DNA of 64,000 nucleotides from a virus, in the IMG/VR virus record IMGVR_UViG_3300022602_000067, positions 17,013 through 81,012 of that record. One strand, given 5' to 3'. The translations under genes and the position numbers were made by a program. The notes beneath the pieces are model-generated. The model saw only the letters and a list, made by a program, of their open reading frames with translations. It was not told the origin of the DNA and did not search any database. Of the stretch, positions 1-9,310 are shown in pieces; within the stretch, counting starts at the first letter, position 1, and every line of letters begins with the position of its first letter.

Positions 1-45
1 ACAGTGAATCCTGCCAAATCGGCTAATAGAATGATTCTATTAGGA

Positions 46-53
46 TATAAATA
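46..53 (+). promoter_or_regulatory. T4-type late promoter TATAAATA
   Basis: Exact T4 gp55 consensus upstream of the 96..470 ORF; a minus-strand TAAATA also lies at 91-96. Confidence 0.6.
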
Positions 54-95
54 ACTTTGAACTTTTTGCATTGGCAAGGACCTTTAATAGTATTT

Positions 96-470
96 ATGGC
101 AAAATTAAGAGATGATATAGAACAAAATTTACCCTTTATTAGCGTCCTTACCTACGGAGATAATGAATACGTAGGAATCATAATAAATCAGGATCAATTT
201 GTCACTAGTTTCTACGACTTAAATGCTATCAAAACTCAGGAAGAAAAGACAGCATTTTTAGAAATCGGAGAAACTTGGTGGTGGGAAAGCAATCGTCAGT
301 TTCCTATCAATATTTTTTGTAGAGAGCAGATTCAACCATTTCATTATGCTATAAAAACTTTTAATAGCAAAGATACAAGAGTATTGTTAGGTCCTGTTGT
401 AAATCTAATGAATCTCACATTAAAGCGTGTAAAGCGTAAAAGTGTACAGTTAGTCCGTAAGGTTCGCTAA
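96..470 (+). CDS. hypothetical phage protein
   Basis: ORF 57..470; in-frame ATG at 96 (MAKLRDDIEQ) preferred over TTG at 57; late promoter upstream. Confidence 0.75.
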   Translation: MAKLRDDIEQNLPFISVLTYGDNEYVGIIINQDQFVTSFYDLNAIKTQEEKTAFLEIGETWWWESNRQFPINIFCREQIQPFHYAIKTFNSKDTRVLLGPVVNLMNLTLKRVKRKSVQLVRKVR

Positions 471-1022
471 TTGCTCGCAGATTAGATTCATTTGAACTAC
501 TATCACATGTGCATACGCAATAGCATGTGCTTTCTTAAAATAGTAGTCTTCATTCTCCGGTTTCATCCAAACTTCCGTCATCACCGTAGTCCAATCTTTC
601 CCAATCAGATAGCGTTTCGCGGGGCGAATCATAGCCAAAACTGCGGCTAATTGTTCTATCGAGGTAGGCTTCATTTGCCTCAATATAGAACCATGCCCGT
701 TCACGTGAAATAAGTTGTTGACGAAGTCGTCTTCTAATAATAGATCCCATAGGGGTTCGGTCTCCAATAATTTTTTCAAATGTTCTTTATTTCTAACACC
801 ATCATAGACACTTACATTCAAAAAATCTATCTTAAAATATCCTCTATCTTCTGCTTCTTTATAGTTTAATGTACTTATTCCTGTTATAGGATTATATGGT
901 ATAGAAGTACAATATACACCGGTATTATGTTTCTTATAAGTGTCGTCCAGGCAGGCATCGACGTGTTTTAACACAGCTAGTGCCCTTGTCCTATCAGCGA
1001 AATCTATATCGATATCTGGCAT
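450..1022 (-). CDS. minimal DNA polymerase III alpha (DnaE)-like palm-domain protein
   Basis: MPDIDIDF, KHNTGVY, GYFKIDFL, LAMIRP and FKKAHAIAYA match C-family polymerase motifs; only 190 aa. Confidence 0.8.
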   Translation of the reverse strand: MPDIDIDFADRTRALAVLKHVDACLDDTYKKHNTGVYCTSIPYNPITGISTLNYKEAEDRGYFKIDFLNVSVYDGVRNKEHLKKLLETEPLWDLLLEDDFVNNLFHVNGHGSILRQMKPTSIEQLAAVLAMIRPAKRYLIGKDWTTVMTEVWMKPENEDYYFKKAHAIAYAHVIVVQMNLICEQLANLTD

Positions 1023-1717
1023 TATATATTAGACTCTTTAACAACATCTTTGACCAGTGTTACATCATCGGCTAATTTCTTAAACTTTGACACCCAAAAA
1101 GGCGGATCAATAATGGCTTGTATATGTGTCAACTGGTCATCGCTGAATTTTTGTAGCATTGCTTTTCCATTCGTACTGTTCAATATTATCCAAGGACTTA
1201 TTTTACCATCTTTGATATCATAACAGGCACGACTTAGACTCACATATAAGAAATAATGATTCCATTGGGCACTATGTGAGTCTCCCCAATCCATCATCGT
1301 TTGGATTGATCTTTGGAGTGCTGTTTCGACTGTTTCTCGTCTGATGAGGTCGAGGACGTATTGTTCGTAGAGTTCGTCTCTGCACCAGTGATCGAGTTTG
1401 ACACCGCTGGTGACAATATAATTGACAAATCTTTCCGGGTAGAGAGGATTGACATTACTGACAAAACTACCAAACTTAATAAAAGCGTTATAGTAAGGAC
1501 TTTTACAAAAATCTTCATAGGTTTTCTCCTGTTTGCTGTTTGGTTGTGCTTGACGATAAAATTTCTGAAAAGCATCAAACGCTAACAACACATGTTTTTC
1601 ATTTTTTGCCAGTGCCCTACGCTTTTGCTCGCACACATGCACGAACAAAGTCTTTTCCTGCATAAAGCCTTTGTTACAATAATCGCAAGTATAAGGTTGA
1701 CTAACTAATGACATCAT
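1022..1717 (-). CDS. hypothetical protein with N-terminal zinc finger
   Basis: CDYC-x12-HVC motif; translationally coupled to neighbours. Confidence 0.75.
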   Translation of the reverse strand: MMSLVSQPYTCDYCNKGFMQEKTLFVHVCEQKRRALAKNEKHVLLAFDAFQKFYRQAQPNSKQEKTYEDFCKSPYYNAFIKFGSFVSNVNPLYPERFVNYIVTSGVKLDHWCRDELYEQYVLDLIRRETVETALQRSIQTMMDWGDSHSAQWNHYFLYVSLSRACYDIKDGKISPWIILNSTNGKAMLQKFSDDQLTHIQAIIDPPFWVSKFKKLADDVTLVKDVVKESNI

Positions 1718-2196
1718 TTAAGTTTTTTAGCAATAGTGGCTTCGTCCATACCATATTGTCTAGCAAGTTCTTTTATTTCTTTATCAGTTGACATTTCAGC
1801 CAGCATTTCTAATTCGTCCATTTTTCTTGTAGGATATATTTCTTCAAGAAATTTCAATCTTTTGCCCCCAGTGCCTGTTTTCTTCTTATTGCCTATCCAG
1901 TTATGATAGAATGTTTTTTCGCCGTTATAACTGCACATACATAACAATAACCACAATAGTTTAGGATGTTTTTGTATGTCATTCCAATTTTTATTAAAAT
2001 ATTCGTTAACTGTCAAAACAAAATGCTCTTGGATTTCTCTTTTTTGATCCTGCGCACTGCTAATATATCGATTTAAGATAAAAAATTCGCTCTTAAGACT
2101 CTTTTGCTGTGCAGGAGTCATTTCATCCCATGCCGCACGAACATTTAAGTCGACAAAAGCTATCTTTTCTTTTAATTCGATTTTATCGTCACTCAT
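1714..2196 (-). CDS. hypothetical protein, possible clamp-loader small subunit (gp62-like)
   Basis: FILNRYIS...W-x3-KK...L-x3-Y pattern and size resemble T4-type gp62; replication context. Confidence 0.45.
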   Translation of the reverse strand: MSDDKIELKEKIAFVDLNVRAAWDEMTPAQQKSLKSEFFILNRYISSAQDQKREIQEHFVLTVNEYFNKNWNDIQKHPKLLWLLLCMCSYNGEKTFYHNWIGNKKKTGTGGKRLKFLEEIYPTRKMDELEMLAEMSTDKEIKELARQYGMDEATIAKKLK

Positions 2197-2482
2197 ATTT
2201 TTCTTTACTTAATTTATAAATCATTATAACACGATCTAGTGCCCGTTGTAAAGTTATATTGGTTTTAGCTTCTCTCCGGATATTACCCCATAGTTGATCT
2301 TCTCTAAGTGAGTCAATTAATGGTCTGCTGTCATTAGTTCTAGGGTCAAAATTAGGATCATCTATTTTATAATCCCACCCTATGGCTTGTCTTGTACTAG
2401 GTTCAGCACCAAATTCTCTAGCATAAGTTATGCCATCGGCCTTCTCGTAGATGTATTGTATACCAGGTTTAAGTTGTCCCAT
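2189..2482 (-). CDS. hypothetical protein
   Basis: 97-aa ORF overlapping both neighbours. Confidence 0.7.
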   Translation of the reverse strand: MGQLKPGIQYIYEKADGITYAREFGAEPSTRQAIGWDYKIDDPNFDPRTNDSRPLIDSLREDQLWGNIRREAKTNITLQRALDRVIMIYKLSKEKYE

Positions 2483-3117
2483 TATTCACCTTTAGGTTTT
2501 AATACAGCATCAAATGACAATACTGTTCTCGTGCCCGTTCCCTTCCATGGATAGACCGTATGCGGAATATAACTAGGAAAAACAGTCATTGTACCAGGTT
2601 CGGGATCGTACTTCCATGTGTCAGCCATGATAAATTTGCTGATATCTCTAGTCTGTGGTAATCTAAACAATAACTGCCCATCAGTAGGCAATTTATCATC
2701 TGAATATTGTGGAGCATCAACATATATGTTGCCGCTGATATTGCCACCCGGATGACTGTGCATTTCTTGATATTGACCTTGCTGTTGTTGTATGGTCCAT
2801 ATAGAAGAAACTACAGGTACACAATATTTAAGATCTTCTGCCCCGGATTGTTGTGTAACCATTTCCATATAGGCAATGCATACTTCCTCGATCCATTTAA
2901 TTAACCAAGTAACATCGTGAGGATGTTTATTTTCTAAATTAGGATAGATAGTTACTTTCTGTCCACCACATAAATGACTAGGAGATTCTATTGGATCTAA
3001 ATATCCTGGATTACTGTGCAGATCCTGTGTAAGATTAAAAATTTTACTAAACTGAACAGGCGGCACAAAGTCTGTAAACATTACAACAGGTTGAAAATAT
3101 CCTATCTTTAATTTCAT
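2482..3117 (-). CDS. putative 2OG-Fe(II) oxygenase (TIGR02466-like)
   Basis: HSHPGGNISGNIYV...FPSYIPHTVYP...RTVLSF: HxH, distal H and R ligands. Confidence 0.8.
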   Translation of the reverse strand: MKLKIGYFQPVVMFTDFVPPVQFSKIFNLTQDLHSNPGYLDPIESPSHLCGGQKVTIYPNLENKHPHDVTWLIKWIEEVCIAYMEMVTQQSGAEDLKYCVPVVSSIWTIQQQQGQYQEMHSHPGGNISGNIYVDAPQYSDDKLPTDGQLLFRLPQTRDISKFIMADTWKYDPEPGTMTVFPSYIPHTVYPWKGTGTRTVLSFDAVLKPKGE

Positions 3118-3620
3118 AATAATTTATCCAGAATAATTATTTCGCTTTGTCTGCTGATTTCTTTAACAAAATATGCACAATCTGGTTTTCTTCCTCCTCT
3201 AGTAGGGGTTGCTAGTAGTTGTCCATTTTTCATTTTTGGAAAATACCATTTAACATCATTGTAAAAATTAACAATTTTGATAGGCTTAAATTCGACTCTG
3301 AAACTACTTAATGGATTAAAACATAACGCCTCAAATCCCCGGTCATTCAAACTAGTTAAAGGTAACACTTCTATATCAGAACTACTGGTGCTATCTCCCA
3401 CCGCTATGCTCCAATCTATAGGCATTGTTACTTCATTTTCGCCAATTTGTAGAACAATAGCAGGGGCATTAAAACTTTCTAAGAAAATTAATGGCATGAA
3501 AAAGAAGTCGGGTTCTTGTGGATTGCTGTTGTCTAATACCGCAAATCTGGTGTTTTCATCCACTTCCTCGGGTAAATTGTTTAATGAAAATGTTTCGTCA
3601 TCTAATGTTAATATCTGCAT
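3114..3620 (-). CDS. hypothetical protein
   Basis: 168-aa ORF with AAGGA SD, ATGA-type overlap with next gene. Confidence 0.75.
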   Translation of the reverse strand: MQILTLDDETFSLNNLPEEVDENTRFAVLDNSNPQEPDFFFMPLIFLESFNAPAIVLQIGENEVTMPIDWSIAVGDSTSSSDIEVLPLTSLNDRGFEALCFNPLSSFRVEFKPIKIVNFYNDVKWYFPKMKNGQLLATPTRGGRKPDCAYFVKEISRQSEIIILDKLL

Positions 3621-3626
3621 GATTCC

Positions 3627-5096
3627 TTATTTAGACCAATCCACTTTTTCTAAACTAAATGGATATTTGGCATCCTTGTAAAATTTTTTCCTCGTTGTGA
3701 GGTGACGTTTTGCAAATTTACAAGTCGAAGTTAAATCCCAGATTTGTACAAAGTCCTTATCTTCTGCTTTTCTTATTCCGCGGCCAATGCTTTGGATAAC
3801 ACGGACAAAACTCTTTCCGGGTTCTAGCAATACCAGATTAAAAATCCTAGGGATATTAATGCCCACAGCGGCAACACCATAGGTAGCCACAGTAACCTTA
3901 TTATCATTCGTCGCATGTTCTTTGTATTCCTCTTTACGATCTTTTCCTTTAACTTCGCCTGAAATAAACACTGCGCCTTCGATCATTTCTGTTAATAATT
4001 TGCCTGTGTCAATCCTGTTAACTAGGATTAGTGTGTTGCCTGATTCTGATAAGCCTTTAACGAGTTTACTGATATATGACATCCTGTCTTTGTTTGTGAC
4101 AAGATATTTTAATTCTTCTTGGTATGTCTTAAATTCTGGTAAGTCTATGAGTTGTAGTACGTTAACATGTAGATTACTAAGTATTCCCATCTCTTGTAAT
4201 TCATGTGCTTTGATACCACCTACTACTGGACCAATTGATGCAAAAATAGGCTCCGCTTCAAATGCATCTTTAGGTACAGTTCCAGTTAATCCCCAGCGTA
4301 TAGGAGCATTACACAAATTCTGTGTTAGTAGATTTTTTAGTACCTCTGCTTTAGCCATATGTACTTCGTCGACTATAACTGTACGAACACCATCTAAAAA
4401 TTCTGCTAGTGTAACGGCTATGTCAGCATCCCAGTTCTTGCTTTTCTTATCTAATATGTTTAGACTTTGCCATGTACAGATAGTGTGTGTATGATTAAGC
4501 ATTTTTCTATCACCATAATAAACACCAACATCTAGGCCGACGTTTACAAAATCTTCTTCGGTTTGTGTAACTAGATCCTTATTAGGAACAATTACAATAG
4601 TACGTCCATATTTTTCAGCACAATGACTAAGCGTTGCTGTCATAATAGTCTTTCCAGCACCGGTGGCTACTTCTTGTAATGCCTGTGTGTTGGTAAAAAA
4701 TCTATTAACTACTTCAACCTGATCATCACGTAGTGTTATAGGTTGACCTGCAAATCGATGACCTTCAGGCCATACTTTGCCTTGGTCACTCCAATATGTA
4801 TTAGTTATCGGGGTAAATTCAATTCGACTAGTAGTTCGAAAATCTTCTACTTCATCTACATCTATATCTAAATCGGATAATATACCTAGACACTTTTCTA
4901 ATTGACTCAGGTATCCGTTGCCGCCGAGTCCAAACATCGATACTTTACCGTCCCATCGTCCTAGTTTGTATGCCGGACGATATCTTGCGGTAGGATCTTC
5001 ATATTTGAAGGTGTTGGCTAACTTCTTACGAGCATCGAGCGGTAAGTTTTCAAATTTAATATTAACTTCGTCTTTGATGACTAACTTTACTACCAT
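3627..5096 (-). CDS. uvsW: UvsW-like SF2 DNA helicase
   Basis: ATGAGKT (Walker A), DEVH, LTGT, GINIP, QSIGRGIR. Confidence 0.9.
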   Translation of the reverse strand: MVVKLVIKDEVNIKFENLPLDARKKLANTFKYEDPTARYRPAYKLGRWDGKVSMFGLGGNGYLSQLEKCLGILSDLDIDVDEVEDFRTTSRIEFTPITNTYWSDQGKVWPEGHRFAGQPITLRDDQVEVVNRFFTNTQALQEVATGAGKTIMTATLSHCAEKYGRTIVIVPNKDLVTQTEEDFVNVGLDVGVYYGDRKMLNHTHTICTWQSLNILDKKSKNWDADIAVTLAEFLDGVRTVIVDEVHMAKAEVLKNLLTQNLCNAPIRWGLTGTVPKDAFEAEPIFASIGPVVGGIKAHELQEMGILSNLHVNVLQLIDLPEFKTYQEELKYLVTNKDRMSYISKLVKGLSESGNTLILVNRIDTGKLLTEMIEGAVFISGEVKGKDRKEEYKEHATNDNKVTVATYGVAAVGINIPRIFNLVLLEPGKSFVRVIQSIGRGIRKAEDKDFVQIWDLTSTCKFAKRHLTTRKKFYKDAKYPFSLEKVDWSK

Positions 5097-6289
5097 CTGC
5101 CAATTACCTTATCTTCCATCAATGTTTCGCGATCCGACCATTCGATAATCAAATCACATCTGTTAGAGTATACACTAGTTTTACCGTGACGTAAACCCAT
5201 TTTGGTATCTAGAGCAATAACGCTCATAGGTTGCCACGGAGTCCTTAAGAAAAACTTAGGAAGTTTTCCACTCATTACTACTGCTACCTTAGTATTTTTG
5301 TCGAGATTATAATTGTATGATTTATTTGCAATAAATTGATTAAATTGTTTTCCAGACTCGTCGTTGGCTAGTCTGAAATAGACGCCTATATTGTCTGTAA
5401 TTCCATTATTTTCTAATGCGCTAGATAAAATTTTTAGATTCTGATAGTACCTGTCATTTACATAAGTATCAAACACTACTAGTAATGGTAACCTGTGAAG
5501 TTTAACCAATGACGCAATTATTTCATCTAAAGTATGTTTTTCTTTGGATATCCAAAACTTACTTTTTGATCGATTAGCTATATTTTCTGTCAATGTTTCG
5601 CCGGGATTTTTGGCATCCTCTAGTCTATATTGATAACGCACACTACGATCATTTATAATATTATGATCTATACTTGTTTCGATACCAAGGTCATCTGTAA
5701 TAGCTTGATGGAAATTCTTGTAATCAATATTACCGATTAAAAATTGATTTTGTATGTCTATTTCACTCCATGATTTGATAATTTTGTAGTAATTCTTAAT
5801 AGTTTCATCAATTTCAAAATCTAAAGGAGACAACGCTTCATATAGTATTACAATATTTTTTTCGGTTAAATCGGCAGTATTAATTTTGCCTGCCGCAGTG
5901 ATGGATAAGTTTTCTACCTGCTTACTGAGCCCGCTTAATAATTTTCTGTATTCAGAATTGAAGTTAAACTCGATAAAAAGTGAAGCATCTTGATCCGAAT
6001 TTTTTCCAATATAGAATTTCTTTATCTGATCGATTTTCCTAAATTCTCTACTCCATACAGGATCGGCTAATGATTCATCGATAGCAGATGTAAACTCTAA
6101 AATTTTTGAAGAATTTTCTTTTAATATTTTAACAAGGAGCTTACTTTGATTCTCGGTTAAAAAAATGTGATTAATAATCGATGAAGCTAGGCTCCTTAAT
6201 ACTCTGGCATCTCGTGAGGTAATTTGTTCTTCGATGGTAGGAGAAACACTTTGTACTATTGATATTAAAAGATTATCTACTGTGGTCAT
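5090..6289 (-). CDS. hypothetical protein
   Basis: 399-aa ORF, stop overlaps uvsW start; promoter directly upstream. Confidence 0.75.
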   Translation of the reverse strand: MTTVDNLLISIVQSVSPTIEEQITSRDARVLRSLASSIINHIFLTENQSKLLVKILKENSSKILEFTSAIDESLADPVWSREFRKIDQIKKFYIGKNSDQDASLFIEFNFNSEYRKLLSGLSKQVENLSITAAGKINTADLTEKNIVILYEALSPLDFEIDETIKNYYKIIKSWSEIDIQNQFLIGNIDYKNFHQAITDDLGIETSIDHNIINDRSVRYQYRLEDAKNPGETLTENIANRSKSKFWISKEKHTLDEIIASLVKLHRLPLLVVFDTYVNDRYYQNLKILSSALENNGITDNIGVYFRLANDESGKQFNQFIANKSYNYNLDKNTKVAVVMSGKLPKFFLRTPWQPMSVIALDTKMGLRHGKTSVYSNRCDLIIEWSDRETLMEDKVIGRW

Positions 6290-6296
6290 ATTAATA

Positions 6297-6325
6297 AGTA
6301 TACGCTAACATTAATCAAAGGTCAA
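6297..6325 (-). promoter_or_regulatory. sigma70-type promoter TTGACC-17-TATACT
   Basis: -35 at 6320-6325, -10 at 6297-6302, 17-nt spacer, ATG 7 nt downstream. Confidence 0.7.
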
Positions 6326-6333
6326 CCTTAAAG

Positions 6334-6365
6334 AAAAAAATAGGCCCTATAATATTTAAGGCCTA
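6334..6365 (-). terminator. intrinsic terminator after uvsY
   Basis: TAGGCC...GGCCTA stem followed by a 7-T run on the minus strand. Confidence 0.65.
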
Positions 6366-6389
6366 CTTGATATCTTTTGAGCAGATTAG

Positions 6390-6845
6390 TTATAGACTAG
6401 CATCTTCCATTCCTGCAACACGCAGTTTTACAATATTAGTTATTTGCCATTGTTTCTGATCTAATGCTTTAATAATTGCTAACCACTTATTGCGTAGCAA
6501 GGCAAATTCGTTGATAATTTTTTCAAAGTCAACTACATCTGCCTCGCCTTCACAAAACTTTTCGCAATCACGACTGCTTAGAGCACGTTGATAGTTTTCT
6601 AAATATTTACGAAAATGCTGACTTCTAAGTCGGCGCAGTTCGATATTGAGATATTCTAATATAGCTTCGATTTCTTGTAATTGACTAAATCTTTGTTCAA
6701 TTATTCCGGGCATTGCGGCCGCGGCACGTTCAACATTTCCGCTTAATTTACACTCTTTGCGGGCTTCGACAAGCTCGCCTTCGAAATATAATACTGCATC
6801 GGGAATGTTAGAAATATCTTTAGCAATATCGGTATACCACCCCAT
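6390..6845 (-). CDS. uvsY: UvsY-like recombination mediator
   Basis: Helical ~150 aa ending QITNIVKLRVAG, downstream of uvsX; ATG at 6845 overlaps upstream TGA. Confidence 0.75.
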   Translation of the reverse strand: MGWYTDIAKDISNIPDAVLYFEGELVEARKECKLSGNVERAAAAMPGIIEQRFSQLQEIEAILEYLNIELRRLRSQHFRKYLENYQRALSSRDCEKFCEGEADVVDFEKIINEFALLRNKWLAIIKALDQKQWQITNIVKLRVAGMEDASL

Positions 6846-7075
6846 CAAAACTCCAGTTCGTCTACATCGTCATCGTTGTCAGTGTCATCGAGGTAGTATT
6901 CGATAGCATTATCCAAGTTGCTATCTATACCGATGGCGCCTTGCATAACACGGTCACTAGTACCAAAGTCAGCTAATAAATCTACATAGCGTTCAGCTAC
7001 TGTTTCAATAACTTTCTTATCTATATAATCTGCGAATAGTAACCATACGTCACCGATCTGTGTCTCATTCAACAT
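6845..7075 (-). CDS. small acidic hypothetical protein
   Basis: 76-aa ORF coupled between uvsX and uvsY. Confidence 0.7.
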   Translation of the reverse strand: MLNETQIGDVWLLFADYIDKKVIETVAERYVDLLADFGTSDRVMQGAIGIDSNLDNAIEYYLDDTDNDDDVDELEF

Positions 7076-8120
7076 TTTCTTCAGTCTCCTCTGGGATGGT
7101 AGTTGTTGTATTTTTGATATGAAATTTGTTCATTATCATATCTAATTTATCATCTTTCCATTCTTTTCGGTAGAATTTGAATTCCTCACCTGTCTCAGGA
7201 TCGACCCACTTGAGTCTATTACCTTCTTGTTTCAGTATGCCAGCTTTTTCGCACATATCGACCATACCGCTATAAGGATTCATACCTGTTTCATACGGAA
7301 TTTTAATTTGTACAGTTTCAAAAGGCTTGCTATAACGAGTTTTCATAATTTTGCAGGATGCACGAATACCCATTACATCTGATACCTTGTTGCCGTCTTC
7401 GTCTTCTTTCAACTTCAACTTCTTCATGGCAACTACTATGGAACTTGCGTAGACAAATCCTTGTCCTCCGGAAATTTTATCATCTGGGTCGAACATGTCT
7501 TGCGAAGCGTATGTGTGATTAGTACATACCATGCCGACGTTGTAATTACCAAACATATTAACACAATTACGAACCAGCGCCGTAAGTGCTTTAGGTTTAC
7601 GACCCATGTCACCTTTCAAGTCTCCGGCTTCAAACTGGTTGATGTCGGTAGGGGTAAGCAACATACCCAAGCTGTCTATGACGAACAAGACTTTTGGACG
7701 CTCAGTCATCTCTTTGTACTCTTTCATGAATTCGTGAATGGTTTTTGCCACATCATCGATCATGGCCATGTTGAGTTTGAGTAGTTTATCTTCGCTTGTG
7801 TCTACACCTAAATCGTGTAGCCATTTTTCATCTAGAGCATTTTCTGTATCAATCAGGATAACATAGATACCTTGTTCTTGTGCATTGCGTACTAAATTAC
7901 CTGAGCAAATAAAACTCTTACCTGCACCAGATTCGCCAGCAAATACTGTGACTTTACCTAGTGGGATACCTTTGTGGAAATCTCCACTGATCAAGTAGTT
8001 AAGCGTATAATTGCCTGTACTAACCCAATCTGTAGGATCATTAAATCCTACGCCGAGACCGTCAATCGACTTGGTCAAGGTTTTTCTAAATTTTGATAGA
8101 TCGAAGGCTTTTGTAGCCAT
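7065..8120 (-). CDS. uvsX: RecA/UvsX recombinase
   Basis: GESGAGKS, IDTENALD, VIDSLG, TNHTY, SGGQG; start MATKAF at 8120 with AGGAG SD. Confidence 0.92.
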   Translation of the reverse strand: MATKAFDLSKFRKTLTKSIDGLGVGFNDPTDWVSTGNYTLNYLISGDFHKGIPLGKVTVFAGESGAGKSFICSGNLVRNAQEQGIYVILIDTENALDEKWLHDLGVDTSEDKLLKLNMAMIDDVAKTIHEFMKEYKEMTERPKVLFVIDSLGMLLTPTDINQFEAGDLKGDMGRKPKALTALVRNCVNMFGNYNVGMVCTNHTYASQDMFDPDDKISGGQGFVYASSIVVAMKKLKLKEDEDGNKVSDVMGIRASCKIMKTRYSKPFETVQIKIPYETGMNPYSGMVDMCEKAGILKQEGNRLKWVDPETGEEFKFYRKEWKDDKLDMIMNKFHIKNTTTTIPEETEENVE

Positions 8121-8184
8121 ATTTAATTCTCCTAAATAGATAACTAGGGCGTACAACTAGGTTGCAGAGGCCCGAGACGAGTGC

Positions 8185-9171
8185 TTATTGCTTTTGACGA
8201 TTACGGATCATTGCCAAGATATCTTGGGCACGACTATCACCGCCTGCACTTGCGTCAGCTTTTGGTGCTGGTGCAGGAGTAGACTTAGCTACTGGTGCTG
8301 GAGTGTCGTCTGGATCGATGTCATTATCGATTGGAGCACTTGCTTTAGGAGTTGCTTTTACAGGATCGCCAGTTGCTTGGCCCATACCCGCTGGTTTGAA
8401 ATATTGTCCCCAACGTTCCATGTCGTATGGTTCGCCGTCGACTGACGCTTCAAACATTTCTTTCATAACCTTAAGTTCAACTTCGCCTGGCTTCTTAGGT
8501 AGGAAGTCGCTTAGATTAAATAATCCGTGAGTTTTAATTGCCGCTTGTTCGGCATCACTTAATGGACGCTCACGACGTGCCCAAGAACTAGTTGAGTAGT
8601 CAGCATAACCGCCTTTTGATGTTTTCTTCATGCGATAGTCTAAACCATGTACATAGTCGGTTGGTAAATCTTCCAACTCTGGATCGACTAGTGCCGCACG
8701 AATTGACGTAAAGATCTGAGGACCGATAATGAATCTGCGGATTGGATTTTCTGGAATTTCTTCTGCTTTTTCGCCTAGTCCGTCTTCTACAACGAAACCT
8801 TGGAAAATATAACTACGCTTTTTCCAGTACTTACGACCCATATCTTCTAGACTTGGATCTTTGAACCAACCACGCACTTCTGCCAAGATCGGGCAAGAAT
8901 CGCCATACATTTCTACGCATGGAACTTGTACTGTGATGTTTTTGCTTTCAGATTCGCCTTTGATGCCTGCAAAGGGAAGTTTGATCATTGCACGTTCAAC
9001 CCAGAAAAAAGTATTATCTGAATTGCCGTCTGGTAAGAATCGCATAACGGATTCTCCACCTTCTTTAAGATTCCAGAACGGATAAATCGATTTATCTCCG
9101 CCTGTCTTATTGTCAGAGCCACGTTGCTCATTTTGTTTTAGTTTTGCTCGAATTTCAGCTAAAGATGCCAT
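8185..9171 (-). CDS. gp32: single-stranded DNA-binding protein (gp32-like)
   Basis: MRFLPDG, CVEMYGDSCP, YWKKRSY, YADYSTS; next to uvsX; AGGAG SD. Confidence 0.85.
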   Translation of the reverse strand: MASLAEIRAKLKQNEQRGSDNKTGGDKSIYPFWNLKEGGESVMRFLPDGNSDNTFFWVERAMIKLPFAGIKGESESKNITVQVPCVEMYGDSCPILAEVRGWFKDPSLEDMGRKYWKKRSYIFQGFVVEDGLGEKAEEIPENPIRRFIIGPQIFTSIRAALVDPELEDLPTDYVHGLDYRMKKTSKGGYADYSTSSWARRERPLSDAEQAAIKTHGLFNLSDFLPKKPGEVELKVMKEMFEASVDGEPYDMERWGQYFKPAGMGQATGDPVKATPKASAPIDNDIDPDDTPAPVAKSTPAPAPKADASAGGDSRAQDILAMIRNRQKQ

Positions 9172-9230
9172 AATTATTCTCCTATTAATAGCCTTTGTTT
9201 TTGCCTGTATGTTTTATCACCCGATAAAAC

Positions 9231-9275
9231 AAAAGTGCATATACATAGTATACGCACTTTTATTTATGTTTGCAA
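9231..9275 (-). promoter_or_regulatory. sigma70-type promoter (TTGCAA-17-TATACT) plus TAAATA, overlapping a hairpin
   Basis: -35 9270-9275, -10 9247-9252, TAAATA 9261-9266, inverted repeat 9231-9243/9249-9261. Confidence 0.65.
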
Positions 9276-9310
9276 GTGTTTTTTTGCTCTAAATATGAGC
9301 AGATATTTAA

